A stretch of DNA of 61,339 nucleotides, the filler included. It is 3 parts of 3 records of this genome, joined end to end, with 100 filler letters (N's around TTAATTAATTAA, not from the genome) between each part and the next. Parts side by side here need not be neighbours in the genome. Positions count along the whole stretch, not along the records: positions 1 to 30,592 come from DRR723986_9941; 2 more parts are not named here. One strand, written 5' to 3'. A program made the translations under genes and the position numbers. The notes below the pieces were generated by a model, which made no database searches, had not been told where the DNA came from, and was given only the letters and a program-made list of their open reading frames with translations. This document shows positions 20,151-29,673 of this stretch, in pieces. The first letter of the stretch is position 1, and the number at the start of each line of letters is the position of its first letter.

Positions 20151-20399
20151 ATGTCAGTTTCTCTCATGATCGACGGAAAACCTCACTCAGCGAATGAAGG
20201 CGAATGTCTTGCCTCCGTCCTGATGCGGCAGCAGCCGCCGGTTTTCCGGCAACACCCGGTCGATGGCAGCCCCCGTACCGCCTTTTGCATGATGGGCGTC
20301 TGTTTCGAATGCCAGGTCGAGATCGACGGGATCAGAGGACAGCAAGCCTGTCTTGTTGTCGTGCGCGACGGCATGACGGTCAGACGGGGCCGCATGTGA
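20151..20399 (+). CDS. 2Fe-2S ferredoxin-like subunit (HcnA-like)
   Basis: FCMMGVCFEC...QAC motif in an 82-aa protein. Confidence 0.9.
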   Translation: MSVSLMIDGKPHSANEGECLASVLMRQQPPVFRQHPVDGSPRTAFCMMGVCFECQVEIDGIRGQQACLVVVRDGMTVRRGRM

Positions 20400-21748
20400 T
20401 GGACTACCTGATTGTCGGCGCAGGTCCTGCCGGACTGTCCGCTGCACTTGAAAGCGTTCAGCGGGGATTTCGGCCCGTGGTGATCGACAACCGCCCGGAA
20501 CCGGGTGGAAACATCTACGCGTGGCTTGGTAGCACCTCTCGCAACCGCCCCCGGCACCTCGGGATCTTCGGTCCCGACTATGCCAAAGGCACCGCGTTGC
20601 TGGAAGCCTTCGACACGGCGGTCAGCAAGGACGAGATCACCTATCACCCCTCGACCCGTCTCTGGCAACTGGATCGGTCCGGCCAGTTCGCGTTTACAGG
20701 CCCGCAAGGCACGCGGACCGGACAGGCTGCGCGTGTGTTGCTGGCCACCGGCGCGCAGGAACGGCCCATGCCGGTCCCTGGTTGGACACTTCCCGGCGTC
20801 ATGGGTGTCGGGGCCGCGCAGATCCTTCTCAAATCTGGCGGGGCCTTGCCCGACGGCCCGATCGTCATTGTCGGTGCGGGCCCCCTGCCCCTGTTGCTGG
20901 CCGAGCAATTGCGTCGGCTTGGACGACCCGTTGCCGGGTTCGTCGAGCCGCGCGGCGCGTCCAACCTGTTGGGAACCGGCTCCGCCCTGTTGGGCGCGGC
21001 AAAGGCACCGGCCACCGCCCTGAAAGGGATGATGCTTCTGGCGCGCAGGTCTGCCGGAAAAAGCCGGATATGGCGGCGGGCCACCGATATCCGCATTTAT
21101 GGCGACGGTCGGGTTCAGGGGTTGCGATTTGCAGCCGGGAACGGTCAGCAGGACATTCAGGCCACCTGTGTCCTGCTGCATGACGGAATCATCCCGAACC
21201 TCAACCCGATGCGCGCCGCTTCCCTGCCGATGTCCTACGTAGCCGAACAAGCGACATGGCATTGCAGGCCGCAGGGGGCCATCCAGATCGCCGGCGACGC
21301 AAGCGGCATATTGGGGGCGGACGCGGCGATCATCACCGGCCGAATGGCTGCCGCTGAAGCCGCAGGCGCGGCAGCGGACAGCGCAGACTTGCGCAAGCTG
21401 AAGCGGCTCCGGTCCTTCCGCCGCTTTCTTGATGCCGCCTATCCTCCGGTCAGGACCGCGCGAGGCGCAGCCGCTGACACGGTGATTTGCCGATGCGAGA
21501 TGATCCGGGCCGAAACGCTCCGCACAGCCGCCAGATCGGCGGGCACCGATCCCAATGCGCTGAAACGGGCGCTGAGGGTCGGGATGGGGCCTTGTCAGGG
21601 AAGGCTTTGCGCCCATTCGATCGCGGACCTGATCGCAGCGGACAGTGGATCCGCACCAGCTGAAATCGGCATCCAGTCGATTCGCCCGCCAATCCTTCCC
21701 GTCAGTTTCGCAACTCTTGCCGAGATCGAACTGCGACAGAACCTCTAG
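20399..21748 (+). CDS. NAD(P)/FAD-dependent oxidoreductase with BFD-like 2Fe-2S domain (HcnB/opine oxidase-like)
   Basis: VGAGPAG, LLATGAQERP..PGWTLPGV, ICRCE, GMGPCQGRLC and RPP; the ATG overlaps the TGA of the ferredoxin gene. Confidence 0.9.
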   Translation: MDYLIVGAGPAGLSAALESVQRGFRPVVIDNRPEPGGNIYAWLGSTSRNRPRHLGIFGPDYAKGTALLEAFDTAVSKDEITYHPSTRLWQLDRSGQFAFTGPQGTRTGQAARVLLATGAQERPMPVPGWTLPGVMGVGAAQILLKSGGALPDGPIVIVGAGPLPLLLAEQLRRLGRPVAGFVEPRGASNLLGTGSALLGAAKAPATALKGMMLLARRSAGKSRIWRRATDIRIYGDGRVQGLRFAAGNGQQDIQATCVLLHDGIIPNLNPMRAASLPMSYVAEQATWHCRPQGAIQIAGDASGILGADAAIITGRMAAAEAAGAAADSADLRKLKRLRSFRRFLDAAYPPVRTARGAAADTVICRCEMIRAETLRTAARSAGTDPNALKRALRVGMGPCQGRLCAHSIADLIAADSGSAPAEIGIQSIRPPILPVSFATLAEIELRQNL

Positions 21749-21840
21749 ACTTCTGTTGTCCAGCCACTGATCCTGACTTGGGCCAGGCCGGCCAAAGGAT
21801 GAATCCTGCCAGCAAGCCGTGCCAGCCTCTGCTGCCCTGT

Positions 21841-22965
21841 TCACAGCCCGGCGAAAACCGTTGCATGGAGCGGCAGGAACGCCGCGCCCACATGGGCGGC
21901 ATCCCCGGAAATCCGGCTTTCGCGTAGCACCGGGTTAGGCGTGCCATGTCCGTCCATCGCGCCGTCGCAGGCCCGCAACAGCGCCTGCCGCAGCGCCGAC
22001 GGCGCCTCGCCACCGAAGCAGATCGCGCCGGGATCCACGATGGCCTTGAGCGCCCGGATCATCAGCCGCAGCTGTGGCGCTACTTCGCGCACCCAGTCGT
22101 CGACGCCGGGCCATGTCGGATCGAACCCGGCCACCATGTCCGAGACTGTCTCGAAGACCATGCCCCTGCCGCGCAACCGTTTCAGCAATTCTTCCAGCGC
22201 GGGGCGAGAGCGGGCTTCCTCGGGGGCGAAGAGCGTGGAAAGTTCGCCCGCGTTTCCACGGTCTCCGATCAGCGCATGCCCGTCGACGAATACGCCCCCA
22301 CCGAAGCCGTAGTCGAAGGAGAGATAGATCAGGCTCTTTTCCGCATCTCCGCTGGACATGTAATGCTCGGCAATCGCGCTTGCGGTAGAGTTGTTCTCGG
22401 CAAAGCATGCCATGCCGAAGCGGTCGCCGAAGACCTCGGTCAGAGGCAGACCTCGCCAGAGGTTCAAGGGTTCGGGCGGTTGAAAGCAATCGCTGCGCCC
22501 CGAACGCCAACCCTGCATTCCGACCCCCATGCCGATCAGGGTGCGCGAGGACAGCAGGTCGGATCTCCAACTGTCCAACTGCCGCTCCAGCCTGTCCATC
22601 AGGCTCTCCGGGTCGCCCGGTATGGCGTCGATGACGATGTCTCTGAGAGGCTGACCTGTCAGGTCCAGAAGGCACAGGCCAACCCGTTCCGTGGTGATCG
22701 AAACACCGAGCGAGGCATATTGCGATGCGTCGAGGCACACGGTCGGGCTGGGTTTGCCACGGCCGCGGATCTGCGGATCTCCGAATCGCACCAACCCTTG
22801 TTTGGACAGTTTTTCGAGAAGCCTGTGAACCGACTGCTGCGACAGCGGCGTCAGGTCGCTGAGATCCGATCGCGGCAACGGGCCCTGACGGAACAGCGCA
22901 GACAGGAGCATGCGCTCGCTTTCGCTAAGGGTCAGGGCTGCAATTGGAGGGGTTTCGACGGTCAT
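21841..22965 (-). CDS. ROK family transcriptional regulator
   Basis: N-terminal wHTH, RGRGKP, ENN, GFGGG and GNAGE. Confidence 0.9.
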   Translation of the reverse strand: MTVETPPIAALTLSESERMLLSALFRQGPLPRSDLSDLTPLSQQSVHRLLEKLSKQGLVRFGDPQIRGRGKPSPTVCLDASQYASLGVSITTERVGLCLLDLTGQPLRDIVIDAIPGDPESLMDRLERQLDSWRSDLLSSRTLIGMGVGMQGWRSGRSDCFQPPEPLNLWRGLPLTEVFGDRFGMACFAENNSTASAIAEHYMSSGDAEKSLIYLSFDYGFGGGVFVDGHALIGDRGNAGELSTLFAPEEARSRPALEELLKRLRGRGMVFETVSDMVAGFDPTWPGVDDWVREVAPQLRLMIRALKAIVDPGAICFGGEAPSALRQALLRACDGAMDGHGTPNPVLRESRISGDAAHVGAAFLPLHATVFAGL

Positions 22966-23104
22966 GATCCAGGGGCTGGAGGGGCGCTTTCAATGAAAAT
23001 CCACCCTCAGGCGCGCTGCTGCAAGGAAAATTACACTTAACAGGTCATATTAATTTCACATACAGTGGGTAAAAATGTGCCGACTCGTGGGAGGGGAGGT
23101 CCGC

Positions 23105-24148
23105 ATGACCGCAATTCGAATCAAGGGATTGACCAAGATGTTCGACGGCTTCACGGCCCTGTCGGATATCGACCTCGATGTTGCCCCCGGCGAATTCGTG
23201 ACGCTGCTTGGCCCCTCGGGCTGTGGCAAGACCACGCTTCTGAAGGTGATTTCCGGCTTTCTGGAGCCGACCGAGGGCAAGATTTTCATCGAGGGAAGCG
23301 ACGTCACCGCGATCCCGCCAGAGCGGCGCGACACAGCCCTGTGCTTCCAGTCCTACGCCCTCTTCCCGCATCTGACCGTGCGCCAGAACCTCGAATTCGG
23401 GCTGCGCCAGAAGAAGCTTCCCCGATTCGATCGGGATGAGCGGGTGAAGGATGTTTCGCAGAAACTGGACCTCGCGGCGCAGATGGACAAGCTGCCCAAC
23501 CAGCTTTCGGGCGGGCAGCAGCAGCGGGTGTCCCTTGGCCGCGCGTTGGTGATGCGGCCCAAGGTCATCCTGTTCGACGAACCCCTGTCCAATCTCGACG
23601 CCAAGCTTCGCGACCAGGTGCGGATCGAGATCCGCCGCATCCAGCGCGACTACGGACTGACGGCGATCTATGTCACCCATGACCAGTCCGAAGCGCTGGC
23701 CATGTCCGACCGGGTCGTCCTGCTGAACGGCGGCCGGATCGAGCAGGTGGACACGCCGGAAACCCTGTATCACCGCCCCCGAACGCGCTTTGCCGCCGAT
23801 TTCATCGGAAATTCAAATGTTTTCACGGGGCAGGTGCTTGGCGAGGACAGCGCTGGCCGCTGGACCATCGAAACCCCTGCGGGCATCTTCACCTGCGCCC
23901 TTGAAGATGCGCCGCACGGCAAGGAAGTCGCCCTGTGCTGGCGCCCGGAACATGCCGTCATCGGGGAAACCGGGATCGAGGCCCGCGTCCTGAACCGGGC
24001 CTTCCAGGGCCATTTCACCGATCTCGCTTGTGTTGCGGGCAGTTGCGAGTTTCGCGTGCAGGCGCTTGAGACCACCGCCCGCGAAGGCGACGTGATCCGC
24101 ATCCATGTGCCGCCCGACCGCATCCGGTTGCTGGAGGACAGGTCATGA
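23105..24148 (+). CDS. ABC ATP-binding protein (PotA/FbpC-like, TOBE domain)
   Basis: GPSGCGKTT, LSGGQQQR and DEPLSNLDAKLR; RBS GGAGG. Confidence 0.95.
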   Translation: MTAIRIKGLTKMFDGFTALSDIDLDVAPGEFVTLLGPSGCGKTTLLKVISGFLEPTEGKIFIEGSDVTAIPPERRDTALCFQSYALFPHLTVRQNLEFGLRQKKLPRFDRDERVKDVSQKLDLAAQMDKLPNQLSGGQQQRVSLGRALVMRPKVILFDEPLSNLDAKLRDQVRIEIRRIQRDYGLTAIYVTHDQSEALAMSDRVVLLNGGRIEQVDTPETLYHRPRTRFAADFIGNSNVFTGQVLGEDSAGRWTIETPAGIFTCALEDAPHGKEVALCWRPEHAVIGETGIEARVLNRAFQGHFTDLACVAGSCEFRVQALETTAREGDVIRIHVPPDRIRLLEDRS

Positions 24149-24999
24149 CCCTGCGCCGATGGCTGACGGTTATCCTGCTGCTCCTTCCGGGGCTCGGGTT
24201 GATCCTCGGGCTGATCGGCACCGTGGTCTGGATCGCGATCGCACAGAGCTTCGGGCTCTACGGGTTGAATGGCGAGGACCAGTTCACCCTGCAATACTGG
24301 GCCGAGGTGACCGACCGGCGCGTTTTCGCCCGTTCGATCCGCTACTCCTTCTACGTCGGCACCGTCAGCGCGATCCTGTCGGTTGCGCTGGCCTATCCGC
24401 TGGCGATCTGGCTGCGCAAACCCTTTACCGGCTCGATGACGATCGGCGCGATCCTGAAGGCGCCGATGCTGGTGCACGGGCTGGTTGCAGCCTTCCTGTT
24501 CATCAACGTCATCGCCTATCACGGCATCCTGAATCAGGCGATGCAGGCGCTTGGCATTTGGGACGAGCCGCGCCGCCTGCAGAACGACAGCAACGCCATC
24601 GGCGTCCTGATCCTGCAGGTCTGGAAGAACATGCCCTTCGCCTTGCTGCTGCTGACCGGGGCGGTGCAGGGCATTTCCGACGATGTGCTGGACGCGGCGC
24701 GCGATCTGGGCGCGGGGGCCTGGGACCGGTTCCGCAAGGTGATCGCGCCCCTGTCGATTTCCGCGATGCAGGCGGCGATGGTGATCATCTTCATCGGGGC
24801 CATGGCCGATTTCAGTTTCCAGGTCATCGCGGGCCCGACCAACCGCCAATCCATGTCGCAGCTCATGGTGTTCTTCAAGGACAGGGGGGACTGGCATTCG
24901 GCGGCGGTTGTCGGGGTCACGCTGATGGGGCTGGCCATGCTGGGGGCCTCCGCGCTCGCATTCCTCGCCCGCCTCGTGATGAAAGGCCGGTCCAGATGA
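24145..24999 (+). CDS. ABC permease (PotB-like)
   Basis: TM helices and EAA loop DAARDLGA. Confidence 0.9.
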   Translation: MTLRRWLTVILLLLPGLGLILGLIGTVVWIAIAQSFGLYGLNGEDQFTLQYWAEVTDRRVFARSIRYSFYVGTVSAILSVALAYPLAIWLRKPFTGSMTIGAILKAPMLVHGLVAAFLFINVIAYHGILNQAMQALGIWDEPRRLQNDSNAIGVLILQVWKNMPFALLLLTGAVQGISDDVLDAARDLGAGAWDRFRKVIAPLSISAMQAAMVIIFIGAMADFSFQVIAGPTNRQSMSQLMVFFKDRGDWHSAAVVGVTLMGLAMLGASALAFLARLVMKGRSR

Positions 25000-25823
25000 C
25001 GCGCGAACAGCTGAACAAGGCCTTGCTGATCCTTCTGCTGGTGATCTGCACCATCTGGCTGGCCATCCCCTTCGGCATGGCGATCCTGTGGTCTCTTGTC
25101 GACCCGTCCGAACCCTGGACCGCCGACCGCCTCCTGCCCCCCGCCATGTCCTTCTGGCGCTGGCGCGACATGTGGGAGAACTCCTCGCTTCAGGTCGCGA
25201 TGGCAACCTCCTACACGCTTGCCCCGCTGGCGGCGCTTCTGTCGCTGGCACTGGCGACCCCAACGGCCTATGCGCTCGGCCGCATCGCGTTTCCGGGCCG
25301 GGAGCTGGCCAAGCTGTTGTGCCTGCTGCCCCTGGTCGTGCCGGGATTCGTGACTGCAATCTTCTTCACCTCGCTTCTGTTCCAGCTCGGCCTGCACACG
25401 TGGCGGTTCGGCGCGATCCTTTTTGCGCATGCGGTTCTGGCGCTGCCCTACGCGATCCGCATCATGACCGTCAGCTTCGAACAGGTTCGCCAGGACCATA
25501 TCGACGCGGCCCGCGACCTGGGGGCCACGCCGCTGGCGCGGTTCCGCGTCGCCTTCCTGCCCGCGCTGCGCCCCGGCATTTTCGCGACGCTGCTGATCGT
25601 CTTCATCCAGTCCATCGAGGAATTCGCGATCGCGTTCATCCTCGGCAGTCCGGATGTGGTGACGATCCCGACGCTGCTGTTTTCCGCCCTCGGCCAGGAC
25701 TACGTCCGACCCAATGCCGCGGTGCTGTCGCTGATCCTCGTCGTCCCGAACGTGATCCTCATGCTGATCCTGGAACGACTGCTCAAATCCGCCAACCCGA
25801 CGCTCGCTTCTGGCAAGGGATGA
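24996..25823 (+). CDS. ABC permease (PotC-like)
   Basis: Starts at MTREQLN (ATGA overlap); EAA loop DAARDLGA. It is the C-terminal part of track ORF 24105..25823. Confidence 0.9.
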   Translation: MTREQLNKALLILLLVICTIWLAIPFGMAILWSLVDPSEPWTADRLLPPAMSFWRWRDMWENSSLQVAMATSYTLAPLAALLSLALATPTAYALGRIAFPGRELAKLLCLLPLVVPGFVTAIFFTSLLFQLGLHTWRFGAILFAHAVLALPYAIRIMTVSFEQVRQDHIDAARDLGATPLARFRVAFLPALRPGIFATLLIVFIQSIEEFAIAFILGSPDVVTIPTLLFSALGQDYVRPNAAVLSLILVVPNVILMLILERLLKSANPTLASGKG

Positions 25824-25857
25824 CGGGGATGCCAACCACCACGAAAGGGAGAACCAC

Positions 25858-26961
25858 ATGCTGAAATCCATCTTCACCGCCACGGCCGTGCTCGCGTTGA
25901 GCACTGCCATGTCGAATGCCCAGGACCTGTCGGCCATGTCCTGGGACGAGATCGTCGCCCAGGCCCAGGCAGAAGGGGAACTGACCTGGTATGTCTGGTA
26001 CCTGCAGGACGACCTGCGCCGCGCCGTTCAGGCCTTCGAAGAGGAATACGGGATCGACGTGACCATTCCCGAAGGCACGAACGCCAGCAACGCCGACAAG
26101 CTGCTGGCAGAGCGTGACCGCGAAACCGGCGATATCGACGTGTTCGCCTGGGGCTATGACAGCTTCGCCAACGTCACGCTGAACGACCTGTTCATGCCGC
26201 TGACCATGCTGCCCGAGGATGCAGGGCGCGTCAGCAACCTTGCCGGAGTGGATGGTGGCGACCACGTGCTCGCCTTCTGGGGCAACCAGAGCGGCATTGC
26301 CTATGACCCGGCCCATGTCGATGCCGAGAACCTGCCGCAGACGCCCGAGGACTTCGCCGCCTTCTGGCAGGCGAACCCGGGCCGCTTCGGCTTCAACTAC
26401 GAAAACGGCGGTTCGGGCCCGTCCTATTACCAGAACATGCTGCGCGCCATGACCGGGGTCGATTTCTCGGAAGGGGAAGTCACCGAGGCGCGGATCGCGG
26501 CGCTGGAGCCGGGCTTCGACTTCTTCAACGAAAACGCCGAACACTACGTCATCACCGCAGGCAACGCCGACAGCATCATCCGTGTGTCCGATGGCGAACT
26601 GTGGATGGTTCCGGCCTGGGAAGATCACCTGGCAGGTCTGCAGAACCGGGGCGAAGTCCGCGATGACATCGCCTTCTACATCCCCGAGATGGGCATGAAC
26701 GGCGGCGGCAACGGGGTGGCGATCCCGCTGAACGCACCGCACCCGGCGGCGGCATTGGTGTTCATGAACTGGCTGACCTCTGCCGAGACGCAGACCATGA
26801 TCAACAGCACCTTCGGCACGGCCCCGATGAATACCGCGGCCGACGACAGCGCCGCGCTGGTCCCCAACGAACAGCGAGCCTTCTCGACCGTCTGGGGCGC
26901 CCAGCCGTTCCGTGGCGCCGTCGAAGAAGCCTTCATCGACGCTGTCATCCTCGAAAGATAA
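25858..26961 (+). CDS. Extracellular solute-binding protein (PotD/YnjB-like)
   Basis: Signal peptide, WDEIVAQAQAEGEL and IPLNAPHPAAALVFMNWL. Confidence 0.88.
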   Translation: MLKSIFTATAVLALSTAMSNAQDLSAMSWDEIVAQAQAEGELTWYVWYLQDDLRRAVQAFEEEYGIDVTIPEGTNASNADKLLAERDRETGDIDVFAWGYDSFANVTLNDLFMPLTMLPEDAGRVSNLAGVDGGDHVLAFWGNQSGIAYDPAHVDAENLPQTPEDFAAFWQANPGRFGFNYENGGSGPSYYQNMLRAMTGVDFSEGEVTEARIAALEPGFDFFNENAEHYVITAGNADSIIRVSDGELWMVPAWEDHLAGLQNRGEVRDDIAFYIPEMGMNGGGNGVAIPLNAPHPAAALVFMNWLTSAETQTMINSTFGTAPMNTAADDSAALVPNEQRAFSTVWGAQPFRGAVEEAFIDAVILER

Positions 26962-26971
26962 TCGCTATCTG

Positions 26972-27002
26972 GGGCGGCGGCGGACTGATCCTGCCGCCGC
27001 CC
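26972..27002 (+). terminator. Hairpin after the binding-protein gene
   Basis: GGGCGGCGGCGGA-ctga-TCCTGCCGCCGCCC followed by TTT. Confidence 0.55.
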
Positions 27003-27043
27003 TTTCCCGACATTCCGCAACGATAAGAAATGAGCGCCGATAC

Positions 27044-27796
27044 ATGACCCACCTCAGCAGGCCCAATCCGCGCATCGCCCGCGACGAGGTTCTCGCCCGG
27101 CTGACCGGTCTGTCCGGGGCCGCTGCGCCCCAGTCCATCACCGCCCCGGGACAGGGCGGCAAGTTCACGCCCGACGGCGAGGTGCTTCACCATCCCGGAA
27201 ACACGTTTTTGTGCCACGTTCCGACGGATTCGCCCCTTTTCGCCAGGCTCTGCGCCGTTCAGGACGGGCTGATCGGGTCCCGCTTCGCCGACAGCATGGT
27301 GTTTCTGCCCCGCGAGAGTTTTCACATGACGGTGTTCTGCGGGATCAGCGGCGCACCGCTTGGCGTCGATGGATGGCCGGCGGGGCTTGGCAGGGATGCC
27401 GATTTCGAAGCCATCAACGATGTCTTTCGCGAGCGGTTGAGAGACTTTCACCTCGACGGTCCGTTGCGGGTCAGGGCGAGCGGGGTCAATGGCCCCAACA
27501 GCATCTCGATGGAGCCTGACGGAACCGCCGATAAAGCCCGATTGCGGGGACTGAGGGACAGGCTGCGCGATCTGACCGGCCTGCCCAGAGACGACCACGA
27601 ATCCTACCGTTTCCACATCTCGCTGGCCTATATGCTGCGGTTTCTTCAAGCTGATGAGGCGGAAGAACTTATCTCTCTGTCCGAGACCCTCTTCGCGCGC
27701 CACCTGGCCCCGGTCGGGCCGATCGCGTTCGCGAGCGTGGAGTTCTGCCGGTTCGAGACCATGTTTCGCTTCGATCCGATCTGTATCGTCAGCTAG
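27044..27796 (+). CDS. 2H phosphoesterase family protein (DUF1868-like)
   Basis: Two Hx(T/S) motifs, SFHMTVF and RFHISLAY; N-terminal KF..DG...PGNT..C. Confidence 0.8.
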   Translation: MTHLSRPNPRIARDEVLARLTGLSGAAAPQSITAPGQGGKFTPDGEVLHHPGNTFLCHVPTDSPLFARLCAVQDGLIGSRFADSMVFLPRESFHMTVFCGISGAPLGVDGWPAGLGRDADFEAINDVFRERLRDFHLDGPLRVRASGVNGPNSISMEPDGTADKARLRGLRDRLRDLTGLPRDDHESYRFHISLAYMLRFLQADEAEELISLSETLFARHLAPVGPIAFASVEFCRFETMFRFDPICIVS

Positions 27797-27827
27797 GTGG
27801 TCTTTCACGCCCGAAATCCGACTCCAA

Positions 27828-28335
27828 GGTGGTGTCAGACTAATTCCAACCAAATTCAGCAGGGGCAGTGACACTGTCCCTTTTGCCGCGCAGAGACCTC
27901 GCCATTCAGTAAGGGTGGCGGCGCAGTTCTTCTTGACTTGCTATCGACCCGAGACGCTGTGTTCTTGATTGAAATGGCTGGAGATGGATGCGTGGACTGC
28001 GGTGAACTTTTCCAGGCTTCGCATCCGCCGGAAGCGAGGGACGGCCTGCTCGTGCCTTCGGAATGGCAGGTGTGAATTGTCAGCGCGATTGTTGAACCAT
28101 CGACCATTCTCTTGCCGATCGCTCACCCCGATTTCCCTCAAGGCGGCGCCACCGGATCGGAGCTTTTCAGTCACTATTGCTTCGAGGCGTCTGTTCTTTC
28201 CCATTGTTTCCTGAAGAATTTGAGCGGCCCATCTTGTCTCGGATCATGGCCGTGAAGCTCTCTTTGACCTCACCTTCATGAACTACAGCGCGTCAGAGGT
28301 AGTGCTGCTCTCCGTTGATCTTCACGAAGTCCTCG
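27828..28335 (-). mobile_element. Decayed IS6-family element (3' half of transposase plus right end)
   Basis: Minus strand reads FVKINGEQHYL*RAVVHEGEV (TGA where Trp is expected), then a frameshift, then IVTEKLRS...NNRADNSHLPFRR...RFRRMRSLEKF. IR-like end GGTGGTGTCAGAC at 27828. Confidence 0.85.
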
Positions 28336-28450
28336 GTCACGCCCACGGACGTGACCCATGCGGGGGCGCTGGCCTGCGCCCTGCCACAGCTCAAGACATG
28401 TTACTCTGATGCGACCCTACACTTGAACGATCCGGATCAAAAACCGCTTG

Positions 28451-29554
28451 TTAAAGGAACGGTAACTCGCACAGGGTGCCGGTCAGGTCGCCATCCGGGC
28501 GCCGGACAAGAACCACGTCTCCTGGACGCGTCTCGACCGACACAAGGGCAAGGCCGATGTTGCGCTGCATCCGCCAGGACCAGGCGCAGGCGGTTAAAAC
28601 GCCGATCTTCGCGCCCTCCTGCTCCACGTCGCGCCAGAAGAAATCCGCCTTGGCGGGGGCACCGCCTTCCAGCATCACGCCCAGTTGGTGCCGCTTCGGC
28701 CCCTCCGCCGCGATCCGGCGCAGCGCGGCGATGCCGATGGTGTCGTCGGGCACGTCGAGATCGACATATCTGCCCATCCGCACCTCGAACGGGTTGGTCC
28801 GGTCGTCTGTGTCGCCGCCATAGGACAGAAGCCCGCTTTCGACCCGCTCCACCCAGTTCGGGTTGCCGGGGCCGATGCCATGGGGCTGGCCCGCTTCCTT
28901 GACGATGTTCCACAGCTCCGAGCCGCGGCTGCCGTCCATGAGGTAGAGCTCGAACCCGCCCTGCTTGGACCAGCCCGAGCGGGCGACCGTCACCGGAATG
29001 CCGTTGATCTCGGTTTCGCGGAACCAGAAGTATTTCAGATCTCGCACCCAGTCGCCGCAGATGCCTGCGACCACGGTTTCCGCAAGCGGTCCCTGCACGG
29101 CAAGGGGCGAGACGTCGGGTTCGCTGATCTCCACGTCAAGCCCGCGCTCGCGCGCCACGGCCTCGGCCCAGAACCAGATATTGCTGTCCGCGATCGACAG
29201 CCAGTAACGGTCCTCGTCCAGTTTCAGCAGAACCGGATCGTTGATCAGCACCCCGTCATGGTTGCACAGCGCCACGTATTTGCCCTGCCCGACCTTGCAT
29301 TTGCCCAGGTCCCGCGGGGCCAGGATCTGCGCCAGCCGGCCCGCGTCGGGGCCGCGCAGCTGCACCTGCCGCTGCACCGCAACGTCCCACATCGAAACCC
29401 CGTTGATGATGCGCCAGTATTCCGCCTCGGGATCGCCGTAGGAGGTCGGCAGCAGCATCCGGTTGTAGCTGGTCATGGCGCAGACGCCCTCGGCCACGGT
29501 CGCCGCGTAGAACGGAGAGGGGCGCAGGCGGGACGACGGGGTGATCGAGAACAT
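28451..29554 (-). CDS. GcvT-family aminomethyltransferase, DmdA-related paralog
   Basis: YNRMLLP, WDVAVQRQV, WLSIADS, EPDVSPLAVQGP, ARSGWSKQGGFE and ERVESGLLSYG are shared with the DmdA clade. Confidence 0.85.
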   Translation of the reverse strand: MFSITPSSRLRPSPFYAATVAEGVCAMTSYNRMLLPTSYGDPEAEYWRIINGVSMWDVAVQRQVQLRGPDAGRLAQILAPRDLGKCKVGQGKYVALCNHDGVLINDPVLLKLDEDRYWLSIADSNIWFWAEAVARERGLDVEISEPDVSPLAVQGPLAETVVAGICGDWVRDLKYFWFRETEINGIPVTVARSGWSKQGGFELYLMDGSRGSELWNIVKEAGQPHGIGPGNPNWVERVESGLLSYGGDTDDRTNPFEVRMGRYVDLDVPDDTIGIAALRRIAAEGPKRHQLGVMLEGGAPAKADFFWRDVEQEGAKIGVLTACAWSWRMQRNIGLALVSVETRPGDVVLVRRPDGDLTGTLCELPFL

Positions 29555-29673
29555 GGCGTCTCCGGTCTCGGGGGAAAGGGCATGGGCAAAGGGCCGCCGG
29601 TCCCGGTGCTCCGGTCTCCGGCGGCTTGGGTGTCACGCGGCCCCGGACAGGGGCCGCCGACAGGGAGGCTGGC

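Noticed and set aside
11200-21748. Hydrogen cyanide synthase (hcnABC) call
   Set aside because: Same protein family, but the split layout with an importer, PrpD and LysR points to catabolism.
28451-29554. Naming the gene dmdA or gcvT
   Set aside because: Motifs are shared, but orthology cannot be shown without a phylogeny, and no dmd or gcv partner genes are nearby.
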